DNA of 64,000 bases, taken from positions 95,480,001-95,544,000 of the forward strand of contig NC_042999.1 of assembly GCF_006345805.1 (NCBI RefSeq), read 5' to 3'. Of this stretch, positions 38,330 through 52,790 are shown piece after piece. Within the stretch, counting starts at the first letter, position 1. Every line of letters begins with the position of its first letter. Below the pieces are notes generated by a model. The model saw nothing but the letters and a program-made list of their open reading frames with translations. It was not told where the DNA came from and did not search any database. Source of the DNA: Octopus sinensis (Eukaryota). Made by a program: the position numbers and the translations under genes.

Positions 38330-40260
38330 TGAGATCTCAGAAAAAGTGCTAGATGGACAGTAAGACAAAATATATATTTGGAGAAGTAAGGTGTGGGAAC
38401 TGAAACATCCTTCTACTAAATGTAATTTCAGAGATGTCCTAAGTGAAGAGGAGGAGATAGATATCTATAATATACAGGACAAGTGAGTTTCTATGAGAGA
38501 TCTTGCTGAACATTATAGGCTAGATCTGTGGTAAAAACAAGGTTTCAACCAGATGAAAAGTAAAATAGTAATGGAATGTAACTAAATTAGATCATAAAAA
38601 TTAAGAAAAAGAAAAGCCTGGAAAGACTTGATGAAAGTGCATAAAAAGAATAATATCAAAAAGTTTGAAGAGAAGCTAAATGACATGATTACATAACAGA
38701 GAGATTACAAAAGCAGAATATTTGCCATGAATCTAAGTCATAAGGTTTCAAAGACTGAAATGGGATGTCAGAGTGAAACAAGTTGTTCTTAGGAAAGTGT
38801 GAGTTCAAAAATGATGCTGAGAAGGTGATTTGAAAACAGTTCTACTAGGGGTTGCTGGAAATTTTCTTCTAGGTGTTGAAAAATTTGTAGGGGAAAAAAC
38901 TACCCCAGAGAACCATTTGTTAAAGTGGAGAGTTATATGGTCGAAATGGCCTTCAACCATTTTTCTTACCATGTTTCTGTTGAAATACATCTGCCTTTAT
39001 TTCAATTAATTTTGAAAATGAAAATAATGAAAATTTTAGTAAAATAACTTTGTCATTATTAAATGGCATTTGGAACATAAATTAACATCAAATTTTGATG
39101 GATGATACTAATTTAGATCACTTTAAAACGTGAAGTTTGTATCATAGAACCAAGGGCAGTTTCAAGTGGGTTGGTATCAAAACGGCTTAAGAATATGAAG
39201 ACAGGGAATGTCACAGTCCATCAAGGGAAGTTGCTGTGATGTTGAAAATATCTACCGAAGTTGGATTCGTCTTTTCTTATTCATACTCTATCTTGACTAC
39301 ATCCTTTGCACTTCAATATCTCACAATGGGTTACATAGATTTATCCTCACAAGTCAAAAAGTTTCAGATACTCGGCCTCTACAATAATTGATACATATGT
39401 TGATGACTTACCCTTCAGTCAGATTTAAGTGCAGGATCCACTACCCTACTTCACAGTCCAGAAGTTGGTGTGAGAAACTAGTCTTAACACCAGTAAAATG
39501 GAACTTGACAAAAACAACCCGTAAATTTTCATGCATATCCTTGGAGCACCATAGTAACTACACAAGCAGATGATAAGCTACATATCAGCAAAGCGTGAGC
39601 AACAATTTGAAGAACTGGAGAAGAAGTTTCCAATATCATGACAAAGTGTAGAAACAAGCAGTACAGTGGGATTATAAGCAAGCTAACAGTGAGTAAAGAC
39701 TTTGATTGTAGCAGATACAGGAGTAGTTAGCAGTAAAATATATTCTTTCAAATGCTCAGAAGGCTCTATAGAAATAGTTGATACTTTCCATTACCTATGT
39801 AAACTCAATATCAGTGGTGGCATGTGCTTTTGATGTATGCTAACTAGAATGAAAACAGAAAAAGTTTAGTGAGCTACTACTTCAGCTGACTAAAACAGAG
39901 GTTCTCTCTTTTAGCAAAGAGTAAATCACATTATGCTTTTGTATAAACTGCAACACTGTATGATGGTGAAATGTTGGCACTGAACCTAAAGGATGTGACT
40001 AGACTTGAAAGAAACGAAACTCTTGGATATTTAATGTTAGTCGGCAATCAGGAATGATCTACGTATAATTGAAATCATATATAATATGCAAGTGAGACAA
40101 ATGCATTAGTACAAAACATGTAAGAAATATTGGATGATGACTGTTGGGTAAAGTATTTCCTGGAAGGAAACTGTGTAAAAAGAAAACTAGGGAAGACATA
40201 GGCAAAATGATGTAAGTTGATCTTAGGATGCCAAACCTCATGATGTAGATAAAGGAACAA
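38330..40260 (+). mobile_element. Highly degraded RTE remnants (discontinuous)
   Basis: Patches resemble 22223-22700 and 40612-41220 (e.g. gaaatagttgatactttccattacct, aggaagacatagg-like end). Confidence 0.45.
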
Positions 40261-40288
40261 AACAAGTAACCAAATGGTTTGTTAGATA

Positions 40289-40495
40289 TATGAGATGTAC
40301 TGAAAAGTTCCAGGCTTTGGGTAAAAGAAAATACGGGAAGATCAGCTAATTATGATTTTATTTAACATATTCACACACTTATTGTAGTGGTCCTTCTTTT
40401 TTCTAAACCCTGTAAAAAAAACTCTGAAGGTTGGGTCTCCAACTAGGCCTTTTGTGATACCCTTAAACCCAGGAACTTTTCAGCACCTCCTCATA
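40289..40495. mobile_element. mariner-type MITE
   Basis: Inverted termini ctgaaaagttccagg / ccaggaacttttcag with TA flanks. Confidence 0.7.
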
Positions 40496-40611
40496 TGTCA
40501 TCTGCATCATCATCACCATCATTTTATGTCTGTTTTTCTATACTTTCATATCAAAGCCAATGAAAGGTGAGGATAATAATAGTAACATATATATATATAT
40601 CTATATATATG

Positions 40612-41705
40612 CTCGGGAGCATTAACCTCCGAAAATCTGCAGAAAACAACTTCCGTCACTTTCCAGGGGGAAAAACTAGAAGTAGTTGATAGCTTCTGTT
40701 ATCTAGGTGACCAAGTCAGTAGTGGGGGTGGGTGCACTGAAAGTGTAACTGCTAGAATAAGAATAGCCTGGGCAAAGTTTAAGGAGCTCTTACCTCTGCT
40801 GGTGACTAAAGGCCTCTCGCTCAGAGTAAAAGGCAGACTGTATGATGCATGTGTACGAACAGCCATGCTACATGGCAGTGAAACATGGGCCGTGACTGCT
40901 GAGGACATGCATAAGCTCGTGAGGAATGAAGCCAGTATGCTCCGATGGATGTGTAATGTCAGTGTACATACTCGACAGAGCGTTAGTACCTTGAGAGAAA
41001 TGTTGTACCTAAGAAGTATCAGTTGTGGTGTGCAAGAAAGACGATTGCGCTGGTATGGTCATGTGGCGAGAATGAATGAAGATAGGTGTGTGAGAAAGTG
41101 CCAATCCCTAGCAGTTGAGGGGACCCGTGGAAGAGGTAGACCCAGGAAAACCTGGGACGGGGTGGTGAAGCACGACCTTCGAACTTTAGGCCTCACTGAG
41201 GAAATGACCAGCGACTGAGACCTTTGGAAATATGCTGTACGTGAGAAGACCAGGCAGGACAAGTGAGCCCGGCCCACTTACGCATGCCTTTCCTCCCTTG
41301 GACACAAAGACCTGTTGAGGCAAGTGAAGTCGATATAGAACCTCATCCGACGACAGGCACCCATGCCAACCCCCTTTGCTTGCGAAGACATGTTGGGGCA
41401 ATCGAAATCGAATTGAACCAGGCAGGACCCCTGGACTGGTGGTACGTAAAAAGCACTATCCGACTCGTGGCCGATGCCAGCGCTGCCTCGACTGGCTTCC
41501 ATGCCGGTGGCACGTAAAATGTACCAATCCGACCAAAGCACCCACTACACTCACGGAGTGGTTGGTGTTAGGAAGGGCATCCAGCTGTAGAAACATTGCC
41601 AGATAAGACTGGAGCCTGATGCAGCCTTCTGGCTTCCCAGATCCCCGGTCGAACCGTCCAACCCATGCTAGCATGGAGAACGGACGTTAAAAGATGATGA
41701 TGATA
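40612..41705 (+). mobile_element. 5'-truncated RTE LINE (RT C-terminus + 3' UTR)
   Basis: EVVDSFCYLG, KGRLYDACVRTAMLHGSETW, RRLRWYGHVARM, RGRGRPRKTW; (GAT)n tail. Confidence 0.95.
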
Positions 41706-44700
41706 TATAATATAAAGTGTTTGGGATTTAGTTGTAGGTTACCAGAACCTGATTTGCAATGATTGTCTTCAAAGCATTATGCCCAAAATAATAAGAAAAG
41801 ACTCAAAATGTTTCAGTTTTCCTCCCCTAGTTTTGCCTAATAATTTTCAAAATAAATTTTGTATTGATGTATTGCTCCCTGAACAAAAAAAAAAAACGAA
41901 AATTAATAAATTGCTACGTTACTTGTATCAAAATAGCAAGTTGAATAAAGTGAATGCTATTTTACATAATAAAATTTAAAATAACTATGGAATATTTATC
42001 ATTCAAGTGATTATTGTAACAAATATTTAGTTTTAAAAATGACCCACTTTTTATATGAACCATTGAATTAAAAAGTGATAGTCATAAAGCGAAAATATTC
42101 AAAATTACTCAAATAAAAGGAATAGCTTATATAGAAGCACTTTATATCGTGTATCGTGATAAATTATCTTTGACTAGAAATAAATCATTTTAACGTAATT
42201 GGAATGAATGATATAAATGTTGTACATTCCTTTGTTTTCTTTTAGATAAATCATTTATATGATCGTATGCAAATGTCTAAATCTACTTGATTTAATACTG
42301 GAAAACATTATTGTCTCCAAAAATACAAAATGAGTCCATTAAAGATGTATGTATATATTTATACATGCAACATTTATCCATGTAATATCAAGGCTGATCT
42401 CAGGTGAATTTCTAACTGATATATATAACTATTTACTGCAGTGAAAGGTTGTATTTATTTATTTATTTATTTATTTATCTAGTAGCTATACTTTGTGACG
42501 AAATTGCTGAAGTGTTATTTGATTGCTTATTTTGCTAAAATTCTGTCTTTTACATTCACCTCGTAACTGTAGATTTCTATTTATATACATGTTGTATATT
42601 TATGTACATGAGTGTGTGTATTTGTGTGTGACCATCATCATCATTTGACTTCCATTTTTCATACTGACATGGGTTGGATAGTTTGACAAGGAATCAGCAA
42701 ACTGCAGAGCCATGTTGAGCTTCAATGTCATCTTTGGCATAATTACTATGGCTAGATGCTCTTCCTAATACTAACGACTTTACAGAGTATACTGGGTGCT
42801 TTTTTCTTCTTTCTACTAGCACTTGTGAGGTTGACATGTAACTTGCAAGACAAAAAAGAAAAGGAAAAGTTCCAACTACTAAGAGGAAGTACATGGGTGG
42901 GGAAAGTCAAGGTGGGTGGCTTTATGCTAGGTGCTGAAAATATAGTGTATGATAGAGGAACAAGAACAAGTCTCTTGTTGTAGAAGAGATATATGACTGA
43001 AGTAGATAAAATGAAAGTAGAGATGGGGTGGTAGAGAAAACTAACAAGGGACAAGGTGGGCATAAAGGAGGATACAGGTAGTGGATCATGGGTTGGGATG
43101 AGAATGGATGCTTTCATAAGATTGTGAGGGAGGAGTAAACAAGTGGAAGTGGAGGATAATGTAGTAAGTAATGAGCAGGGTTAGAGATGCAGATACATAC
43201 CAGTATGTAGAGGAGTGAGGTGGGAGATACAGGGATAGTTCAGGAAGGAGAATAGAATAGAAAGGTGTAGGAGCTGTGAAGAGGAAGATATGAGGATACT
43301 TAAAGATTTATTGGGCTACAGTGGGTGAGTCACAGTGGTACATATGAGTGGGCATTGAGAATGATGGCAGATAAGACAGAGTGTTTAGAATGAAATATTG
43401 CTGAGGGGAGAGAGAGCAGTGGCTGAAGACACAGAAGGGAAATGATTGGTAAAAATGGTGTGAGCAGGGATGATGAGAAATGGAAGTGGTTGTGATGGAG
43501 ACCATTAGGGATGGGATGAAATATAATATATGCCAATTCTGCTCTCAGGTGAGTACAGCAGCTGAGTAGTACCATACATTGAGATAGGATGCCTCATATG
43601 TCAGAGAGAGAGAGGAGTGTGGGGAGAGGGTCTTGCATGCACAGGCATACCAAAGAGTTTTAAGATATCTTGTAGTGGATGGATCTTCTTGAACACGTAT
43701 CATCTTGGTCCTTTGTCATCCTCTCTGTAAGGTTCAGCTTCTTGAGATCAGCCTTAGATACTTTGTCTTATGTTTTCCTGGGTCATCTTCTTTATAAGTT
43801 CAATTCACTTTGATCAGCACATTTTTGTGAAACTATCCTCATTCATATGCCTTACATGGCCAAACCAAACTCTTGGATGCTACATCTGGTTCTTTTTATG
43901 CCTAACTTTTCTCTCAGTACATTTGCTCTTTGTCATACTTGCAAACTATTTTTGCATATTTAATGGAGCACACCAGCTTCATTCCTGCCTGCAGTTCAAA
44001 GCCCATATCTCACTAATACAGGGTCATAGTCAGGCTGAGGCAGAGGAGGCAGTTGCCTCCCTGATTTTCCTTAACTGATAATAAAAGTGAGCCTAATTTT
44101 GAAAACCATGGGATGTTAAAATATTTGTTTTTGTGTTATTTTGATTTTATCAAGGAGATTACAATAAATAATAATGACTTTAGATAGTAATTTTAGTTTT
44201 AGGCTAATATAATGAATGATCTTTCACAGTGGTAGTTAAAGCATGTAAAGTGACTACTTATTGAATGTTCTCTTACACTCTCCAACCCCAAGTATTTTGA
44301 CCATCTGGCTGTGGGCTATTTTTAGACATGACTGTCTGCCTGCCTAGGAATTCCTGCCATTGCTTGGTGGAGCTATTTTTGAATGCTTGTAAGATCACAC
44401 TCCTCATAGTAGGGTGAGGAAGAGAGGTTTTGGATTGGTAACTGGTGTATTTATTGCAACCATTTGCTCAACATCACACTTAAGAGAATGTATACATGGA
44501 AGGATCTTCTTTGTAAATGTGCAAAAATAAGCGATTATTTCAAATGAGTACCATCAAACATGTAAGTATCCTTAATATACTGAAAAAGGGTAAAACAAAT
44601 TGTTTCCTGTAAAATCTGAAATGTTCCTCCTCTGTGGCCTTCTGTCAGCAGAGCTTATGGATTACTAACCCATCCATCATCTGTTTGTTCATCAACCTTT

Positions 44701-45429
44701 TCTATAAATGACTTCTATCAAACTGTTAGCCCAAATGGGACCAGATTTTTATGATAGTACCTGGCATGGTCCTCTATCAAGTTTGTTTAACTTGCACTGA
44801 TTCAGCAATTGTTTACCATTCTTTGAACAAATTACTTAACAATCTTCTGAAACTATTGGACCTAATGTCAGAAAAATTTACTGGGATATTCCTTGGGTAG
44901 TCCCCTACAGAGTTAATTGATATTTGATTAACTGGATGATTTTTTATTTAATAGAAAATCTATTTAATAGAAAACACATAAGGACTTTTCATTTTCTATA
45001 TATTTTCCAATGTATTTCCCAGTCAGAATCATCAAGACAAATGCCAAATGACAGTGAGAGGTTTACTGTATTGGGCAAATTACAAAAATGGGATCTCTTC
45101 AGTTTCACTCACAGATGTTTTATTTATTTATTTGTTTAACTAAACAGTTTGGGATTTCGTATACTGGTTTAATTTCTTATGCTGAACGTGGTTTACTTTC
45201 AACATTTTTGACAAAATTTCGTATTTTAGAAGTTATTTCATGTTAAAGTTGTCATATTTGGGTAATTTTAATCAATCAATGACATGTATTCAGCTGAAGA
45301 TAGCTACTGCTGTTTTGTGAGAGTAATCAAAAAGCAACGACTTCTGGGTCATCTCTACTAAATGTCACCAGTCTGTTCTATTTCATTTTTGTTTACTGCC
45401 TGTGTTGCATGTTACAGGCTTTTTTTTTT

Positions 45430-46022
45430 GGTTTTTGGTTCTTACATTGGAGCAACCAGTAAACATTGAAGAATCAACACCAAGAAGGAAGAAATATTTA
45501 CATATATTTAGTCATTTGCCCAACATATAGTCAGAGATACAGCAGTAACTGTAGTGGCAGTGACAACAAGTTCACTCGCTGGTTGGTAGTTGATAGTGTA
45601 GAAGTGACTGTCCGTCAGAAGAGAGGGAAAGAGTAAGGAATGCAAGAAGCTATCTAGAAAGAATGCAAGGATTAAGGTGGCATCGTCTTCTCAAGCGAAG
45701 GGCCAAGGGAATGTGTTGCTCCTTGGTCATAGCTGACATAAAAGAGAAGCTTTTGGCCACAAGAAAGACGATGTCACCTTTATCCTCTCTTCCTTTCTAG
45801 TCAGCACTGTGCATTCCTTACTCTTTCTACTGGCAGATAGTAACTTCTACACTATCAACTACCAGCCAGCAAGTGAATTTTTTGTCACTGCCACTACAAT
45901 TTTTGCTGTATCTCTAACTATATGTCGGGCAAATGAATAAATATATGTACATAGTATTTCTTCCTTCTTGGTGTTGATTCTTCGATGTTTACTTGTTACT
46001 CTGACACAAGAACCAAAAAAAG
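45430..46022. repeat. Long imperfect inverted repeat (~260 bp arms, ~70 bp spacer), MITE/fold-back
   Basis: About 45430-45692 is the reverse complement of about 45761-46022. Confidence 0.85.
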
Positions 46023-46810
46023 AAGATAGTGCCAAAAATCTTCTTCCTAGGTGATAATAGTTTATATGTCTGATTGTTGCACAAGTTCTGGCCATTTTGA
46101 TAAGGGAAATCAGAAAAGTTTGAAATGATTTCATCGGCATTTACTTGTACCAAAGAGCACTCTTTTGATAAACAACACGTTGATCTCGTAAGTTTCACAT
46201 GGTAGAAATAAATGCAGTTACCAAACTTTCATTCCTAAGACCATTATATTTCATTTCTTTGCATTTCAGTTTATACATTTCTGCTACCAATTGCATACAA
46301 GCACATATGTAAAACTACATCCTTTATTAAAATCATCATCTGCTGATATCAAAATAAAAATATTTTGTAGCGGGGGCCATTTTGTGACTCCAAGGGTCAA
46401 AAGGGGGCGTTTGGCCAAAATGGGTTGAGAACCTTTGCTGTATAATATACTAAATCAGATCTGCAAGTATAGATATATTCCTTTCTGACATACCATTCCT
46501 TTCCCCTTCCCATCATTGGGACAATGCATAGAACTATTTGTAATTGCTAACTTTGGTTTTTGTTGGTCTTTGCCTCTTCTAATATTTTATTCTGGTTATG
46601 GCCCTGCTAATGTGTAGCTTTGCTGTACATACACAAGCATTATACAATGTTTTTCACTTGAAGAGGAACATCTTTTGTTGCCAACAACAGTAACAGCTCT
46701 TTGAATTTTCTCCTTCCTATTATCATTCTAATGAATATGCTTTCAGAACACCCTCCTCCACATTTAATTAGGTCATCCAGGTTGCAGAAACTATTTACTA
46801 CCTCTATGGA

Positions 46811-46881
46811 ACCTTCAACATTGTGGCATATTGTGACCTTCAACATTGTGGCATATTGTGACCTTCAACATTGTGGCATAT
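46811..46881. repeat. 25-bp tandem repeat x2.8
   Basis: ACCTTCAACATTGTGGCATATTGTG repeated exactly, at the edge of an RTE remnant (about 46615-46820, minus). Confidence 0.9.
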
Positions 46882-49250
46882 ATAGAGTTCCCAAATTTGA
46901 TTATTATATTTTATTTTTTGCTTAAGAAGCTTACAATTATAGAAATCATTATTAATGGCAACTTTTTGTATACCTTTAGTAGAAATGTAACTAGAATCTT
47001 TAGAAGTTTTAAATCAATTCTTCTTTAAAAGACCTGTTAAACACACATCTTCACACTAGGGTAGGAGGGGGTCTCCTACTTGTAAGGTCTTACTCTCAGT
47101 ACAGTCGCAAGACATTCTCACTTGCATAGATCTGTGCATTCAAGCACTGGCACAGGATCAGATTATACTGCTGGGTTCCAGTTGTGTAGGAAATATGTTT
47201 CTTGTGTATTTTTACATGTTCAACCCAGTGTTTTCTGAATTTCAGTGTCACTCATGCATTTCTTATACCAGCCATAGGTGGCTTTCAATAATAATAAAAA
47301 AGAAAAGAATAGCCATTTATGAAAACCAATTAATCACTCAAAAAGCCAATACCATTTAATTGGGAAATTGGCTGATATGGCAGATTATTGATTACCTGTT
47401 GGTTTATTGGTGCAACTATTGAAAGGTTTTCACCCTAATAATATCTATTGTAGACTCTCTAGTTTTTAGACATAGAATTCCTCAAAATCTTTATGTCTAA
47501 CATTCAAAATACAGCACATACACTAAGAGTCTTTTTAGAACAATAGAAAGAATCTTTTGGTAAAGGCTTGTTCACAGATAGATGAATTAGAATTTGGAAA
47601 ACTGTATTCTCTCTGAAACAATTCTATATTTACTTCACTTCAGATCCTCTTTACTGATAAGCATAGAGCCACAAGAGGCATTTTCATATTGATTTAGCCA
47701 ATGAGGTATTTGATCACTTGTGTAGGATCAAACTGTGACAGCTCTAATTTTTTACCATTAATATTTCACAAGACAAATTTATGAAAATATATATGAATTG
47801 AACAACATCTTAATACTTCTTTCCTAACATAGCATCTTCTTTCCCAACATTTTAGTGGATCACTAAAATTCCTCTTCATAAAATAACTCAATTATTAAAA
47901 TGCCTGACATATGGAAAACTCAGATTCCAGCACCTCTCCCTACATTTTGCATCATTTATACTGTCCATGCTTAATTCTTTTGCATTATTTATATTGTTCA
48001 TGCCAGATTTTGGATTTTGTTGAAACCTTCATCAGCAGCTTTTAGATCATGTTATTATGTATGAATCATTTGCAGCTAAATGCTATTAGGTACAGTCTGC
48101 TTTACTTTTGATTTCATTTATTTTGAATTCTGTAAATGATTTCCATAATTAAAATTGCACATTTACAGTTATTTCACACATATCATTCTTGTGTCTTTGC
48201 TATCATCTTCATAGTAATGGTGAGAATGTTAAATTAACATAGACCTCATTTTGAGTAATTGACTACTTACTGCTTAAAGTATAAGCTTGTCATTATGTTA
48301 CTCTATCTATGAAAATAGTTTTCAATCCTTTTCTCTATACGATGCTTTCACCTGTTCTTAAATTTACTTTTTGACTATTGTGAATATCTCTATCCCAACT
48401 TTAGGCATATCAAACATATTACCCATTAATGTTCCAAAAGCAGAGAGCTCAAAGACATTGCTGAAGGACAAAGATAACAAAAATTTATTACATATATGTT
48501 ATATGTTAGTGAATATTTCTTCTGCTATTAAGGTACTTATTTAGTGGAGATCTGCAATAAGATTTAAAGCTATCACTATGGATAGTGTAGAATAGGTTCT
48601 AAAATACACACACATATAGCTGTATATGTTTCTCTGTACATATGAGTATATAAATTGTGTGTGTGTACATATATATATATATGTATTTATGTATGTCATT
48701 ATTCTGTTTCATTTCAAGATTTCTTGTTAATGGAGAAAGAACTGGTTTCTAACCTAGACCCAAGGCTCCTTCATTGAAATTTCAACAATATCAACAGGAT
48801 ATTTTTGTTATACGTATGTATGTATGTATGTATGTATGTATGTGTGTGTGTTTGTATGCATATTTGTATGTTTTGTTTTATGTATATATTTTCATGCATA
48901 TAGTTGCATGTCTAGAAATGCTCCTATATACTTAAATGATAAAACTTATGCAAAGTTTTACAAATTTTTACAGTTCCAGTGATGGATTGGATCTGTAGTC
49001 TTCAATTCAGCTTTCTCCTTTTTGGTTTTGAGAAGCCTCATTTCTCACGATTGGTATTTAGGCAGTGTGTTACATATCCCGATGCCGCAATAACTACAGG
49101 TATAAACTTAAACTTGTAATCTGGTTTGAGTAGCTGTAGATACCTCAATTGTCCAGCGTAGGTATTTTTTTTTTTTGCTGATCTATGTGTGTGTGTACGT
49201 AAACATTTATATAAGTATGTATATACATTTATATATGTATGTATATGTAC

Positions 49251-49288
<38 letters not shown>

Positions 49289-49565
49289 ATACATAGATCA
49301 GAAAAAATACCTACGCTGAACTATTATATACTTACTGTGTATACATATATCCTCTTTTTAGTCATTTGACTGTAGCCTTGCTGGAGCACCACCTTTAGTT
49401 GAGCAAATCAACCCCAGGACTTATTCTTTGTAAGCCTAGGACTTATTCTATCAGTCTCTTTTGCCGAACCACTAAGTTACAGGGATGTAAATACAGCAGC
49501 ATCGGTCGTCAATGGTAAGATAACAAAAGAAAGAAAACGACCTCGATATGTAAAATAGAGGAATT

Positions 49566-50027
49566 TATCTGTAAATGTAACATGAGGCAATTATTTGGTA
49601 GCCATGATAAAACTCTGAGTTCCAGATGCCGTGGTGGAAATCCACACCGCTATCTCTTCAGTTATCTGGCCATCGGAAAAATGCTATGAAAAATGACCAT
49701 TATACAAAGGGAAATTACTGTGTGATTGACCGTTATTAAGACAAAAGAGCTATTTGAATGACTGCACATAGGTGTGCGGGCGCACATGTATAGGTATGAA
49801 CAGGCGCGCTTACATGAATACTATGAACTTTTTTATCCCCTTACTTAGCGGTCATTTGAATAGCTCTTTTGTCTTAATAACGGTCAATCACACAGTAATT
49901 TCCCTTTGTATAACAGTCATTTTTCCGATGGCCGGATAACTGAAGAGATAGTGGCATGGATTTCCACTTTGGCATCAAAGTTTTTTCATGGCTACCAAAT
50001 AATTGTTTCATATTACATTTACAGATA
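49566..50027. mobile_element. Inverted pair of pLTR-like arms, each with a degenerate hammerhead
   Basis: Arms at about 49566-49765 and 49848-50027. Minus 49606-49666 reads GATAA CTGAAGA GAT...ATC TGGAAC TCAGA GTT TTATC; the plus copy starts at 49935. Confidence 0.75.
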
Positions 50028-50030
50028 CAT

Positions 50031-50067
<37 letters not shown>

Positions 50068-50242
50068 CACACATATATACGATGGGCTTCTTTCAGCTTC
50101 CATCTACCAAATCCACTCACAAGGCTTTGGTCGGCCCAAGGCTATAGTAGAAGACACTTGCCCAAATTGTCATGCAGTGGGACTGAACCTGGAATCATGT
50201 GGTTCATAAGCAAGCTACTTACCACACAGCCACTCCTACACC

Positions 50243-50276
<34 letters not shown>

Positions 50277-50428
50277 AATATAAGAGGGTAACCACTATGT
50301 GGTCGACTCTAGCATTAAAAATAGATCCGCTAGGTTTCAGCCACAAAGAATTGTTTCTGATGAAAGTTAGCACGACTTCTAGCGTAAACGAACAGGGCAA
50401 ATAAAAATAACAAAAATGCAGATTAGTT

Positions 50429-50499
50429 CAGGACAATTGTTTCGCTATTAATAAATTATGTAATTTTACTCACATAACATATCTGTAGCTCTTCAGCCG
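50429..50499 (-). ncRNA. Canonical minimal type I hammerhead ribozyme in a pLTR-like unit (about 50281-50715)
   Basis: CGG CTGAAGA GCTA...TAGC GAAAC AATT GTC CTG: intact core, GUC triplet, palindromic helix III. Confidence 0.85.
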
Positions 50500-51324
50500 A
50501 ACCCGTCCAGAGTACAATTTACTCAACTTCACGTTAGATTTTACCATAACGATAAACACACATGCAGTTCAGTTGATTGCATTCGCTGTTATAATTCAAC
50601 AGCCCGCCAAAATTCACGGAAACCAATACTACATCCAAAATTAAATGTAGTATAATTACAATCAACTAATAAGGATGAGAAAATTGGATACTAATTTAAT
50701 AGTACATCCACTTGGTGTTAAATGTTTTAGGGGCAGGTGTTGCCATAGATATGTGAAGGCAATGATGGTGATAGCAGGTAAGTGAGGAGTTGATGATTAG
50801 GAGTAGCACAATCTGTCATTTTCCTTTCACACTCTCACAAACCTACTTACCTACCCATCTAGCCTTTCTCAATTCTATACCCCAAGTTCACTCTCTATTC
50901 ACCTTTTTATATCTTAAGGATAAGCTCTGATACTTCATTTTCACTAACCTTTCTCCCTTTCCTGCTGGGGTAGCCATCTATCTCCTCTATTGCAAGACAC
51001 ATGCCTCTGTCCAGCTTTCATACTTTATCCTCTCAATACCGAGCACAAAACCTCCTCCCTCAGTAATGCACCCCTACTCTATAATGGGTTTTTGTCTTTT
51101 GAATTATTTGGTAGCCTCACTAGTGCTAGTGCCTGGTAAAAAACACCTAGTACCCCTATGGAAAGTGGCTGGCATTAGGAAAGCTTCCAGCCATAGAGAC
51201 CTTGCCAAAAGAGACATTGGAAACCAATGCAATCCCCAGGTTTGTTGGTTCCTATCAAACCAATCAGCCCATGCCAGCATGGGATATGAATGTTAAATAA
51301 TGATATATTTTACTGATTTCTTCT

Positions 51325-52660
51325 TTCATCATCATCATACATCTGTTTTCTGTGCTGGTATAGGTTCGATGGGTTAACTGAAAACTGGCAAGCATGGGAG
51401 CTGCACCAGTTTCCTACCTGAATTGGCATGGTTTCCACAGCTGGATGCCCTTCCTAATGCCAACCAGTATGAGAGTGTAATGGGTAATTTGTATGTGCCA
51501 CCAGCACGGGTGCCAGTTATGAAACACCAGCATCAGCCATGACTATAATCTCATTTGGCTTCACTATTTTTCTCAAGCATGGTATATTGCCAAAGATCTC
51601 AGTCACTTGTCACTGCGAAGCCAAAAGTTTGAAGGGTGCTTTTTATATGCTACCAGCACAGGAGCCAGTTATGTGACAATGGCATTGGTAATGACTGTGA
51701 TTTCACTTGGTTTGATGGGTCTTCTCAAGCACTGCATATCACCCAACATTTGATTAGTGCTTCTTACACACCACCAGCATGAGTGCCAGTTATGCAACAC
51801 TAGCATCGGCCATGACTGCAATTTCTCTTGGCTTGACAGGTTTTCTCAAGCAAAGCATATTGCCAAAGGTCTTGGTCACTTATTGCCTCTGTGAGACCCA
51901 ACGTTCAAAGATCATGCTTCACCACTTTATGCCATATCTTCCTGGGTCTACCTCTTCCTCAGGTTCCCTTCACTGTCAGAGATTGACACTTCTTTACATA
52001 GCTGTCCTCATCCATATGCATCACATGACCATACCAGCGCAGTTGTCTCTCTTGCACACCACATCTTATGCCTTTTATGCTTAACTTTTGTCTCAACTTT
52101 GTCATGCATGCTCACTGACATTTCACATCCAGCAAAGCATACTAGCTTCATTTCTTTCTTTTGCATGTCCTTGGTGGTCACAGCCCATGTTTCATGTAGC
52201 ATGGCTGTTCGCACACAACATCACCCAATCTACCTTTCACTCTGAGGGAGAGTCTCTTTGTTACCAACAGAGGTAGTAGCTCTCTGAACTTTGCCCAGCC
52301 TATTCTTATTCTAGCAGCTATGCTCTTGAAGCATATATCATGCTATTGATTTGGTCATCTAGGTAACAGAAGCTATCAACTACTTTGAATTTTACCCCCT
52401 GGCATTTGATGGAGTCTATTTTCTGTACATTTTTGGGGTTAATTATATCTGTGCACCTTCCACACACAAAAACTATTTTCCCCGTTAACCTTCGTCTGAT
52501 ATTGCTGCATCTCTTATGTGTCTATAGCTTACACTAGGTACATCTTATGGAATTGCTACCTACACCTTTTCTACAGATCGAGTAGGGCAATCTATCTGAA
52601 GAGGTTTGTGATTTGTCTGCTCTCCTACTTACTAAGAATTTGGTTTTTGCTAGATTAACT
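51325..52660 (-). mobile_element. Degraded RTE 3' portion with tandemly amplified (~120 bp x3) 3' UTR module
   Basis: RTAMLHETWAVT motif; ccagca.g.g.gccagttatg recurs at about 51500, 51653 and 51774. Confidence 0.8.
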
Positions 52661-52790
52661 CTTCTTTCCACACCTTTATTTTGGGGGTAACTTCTGATTC
52701 AAAACAATTTAAATTTAGTATTAATTTCTTTATCTATTTTTATTTACCAGTCTAGAAATGGCTGATATAAGAACAGTGCTTCTTCTTTAA

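Noticed and set aside
46811-46881. 25-bp direct repeats as a CRISPR array
   Set aside because: Head-to-tail with no spacers, in a eukaryotic context.
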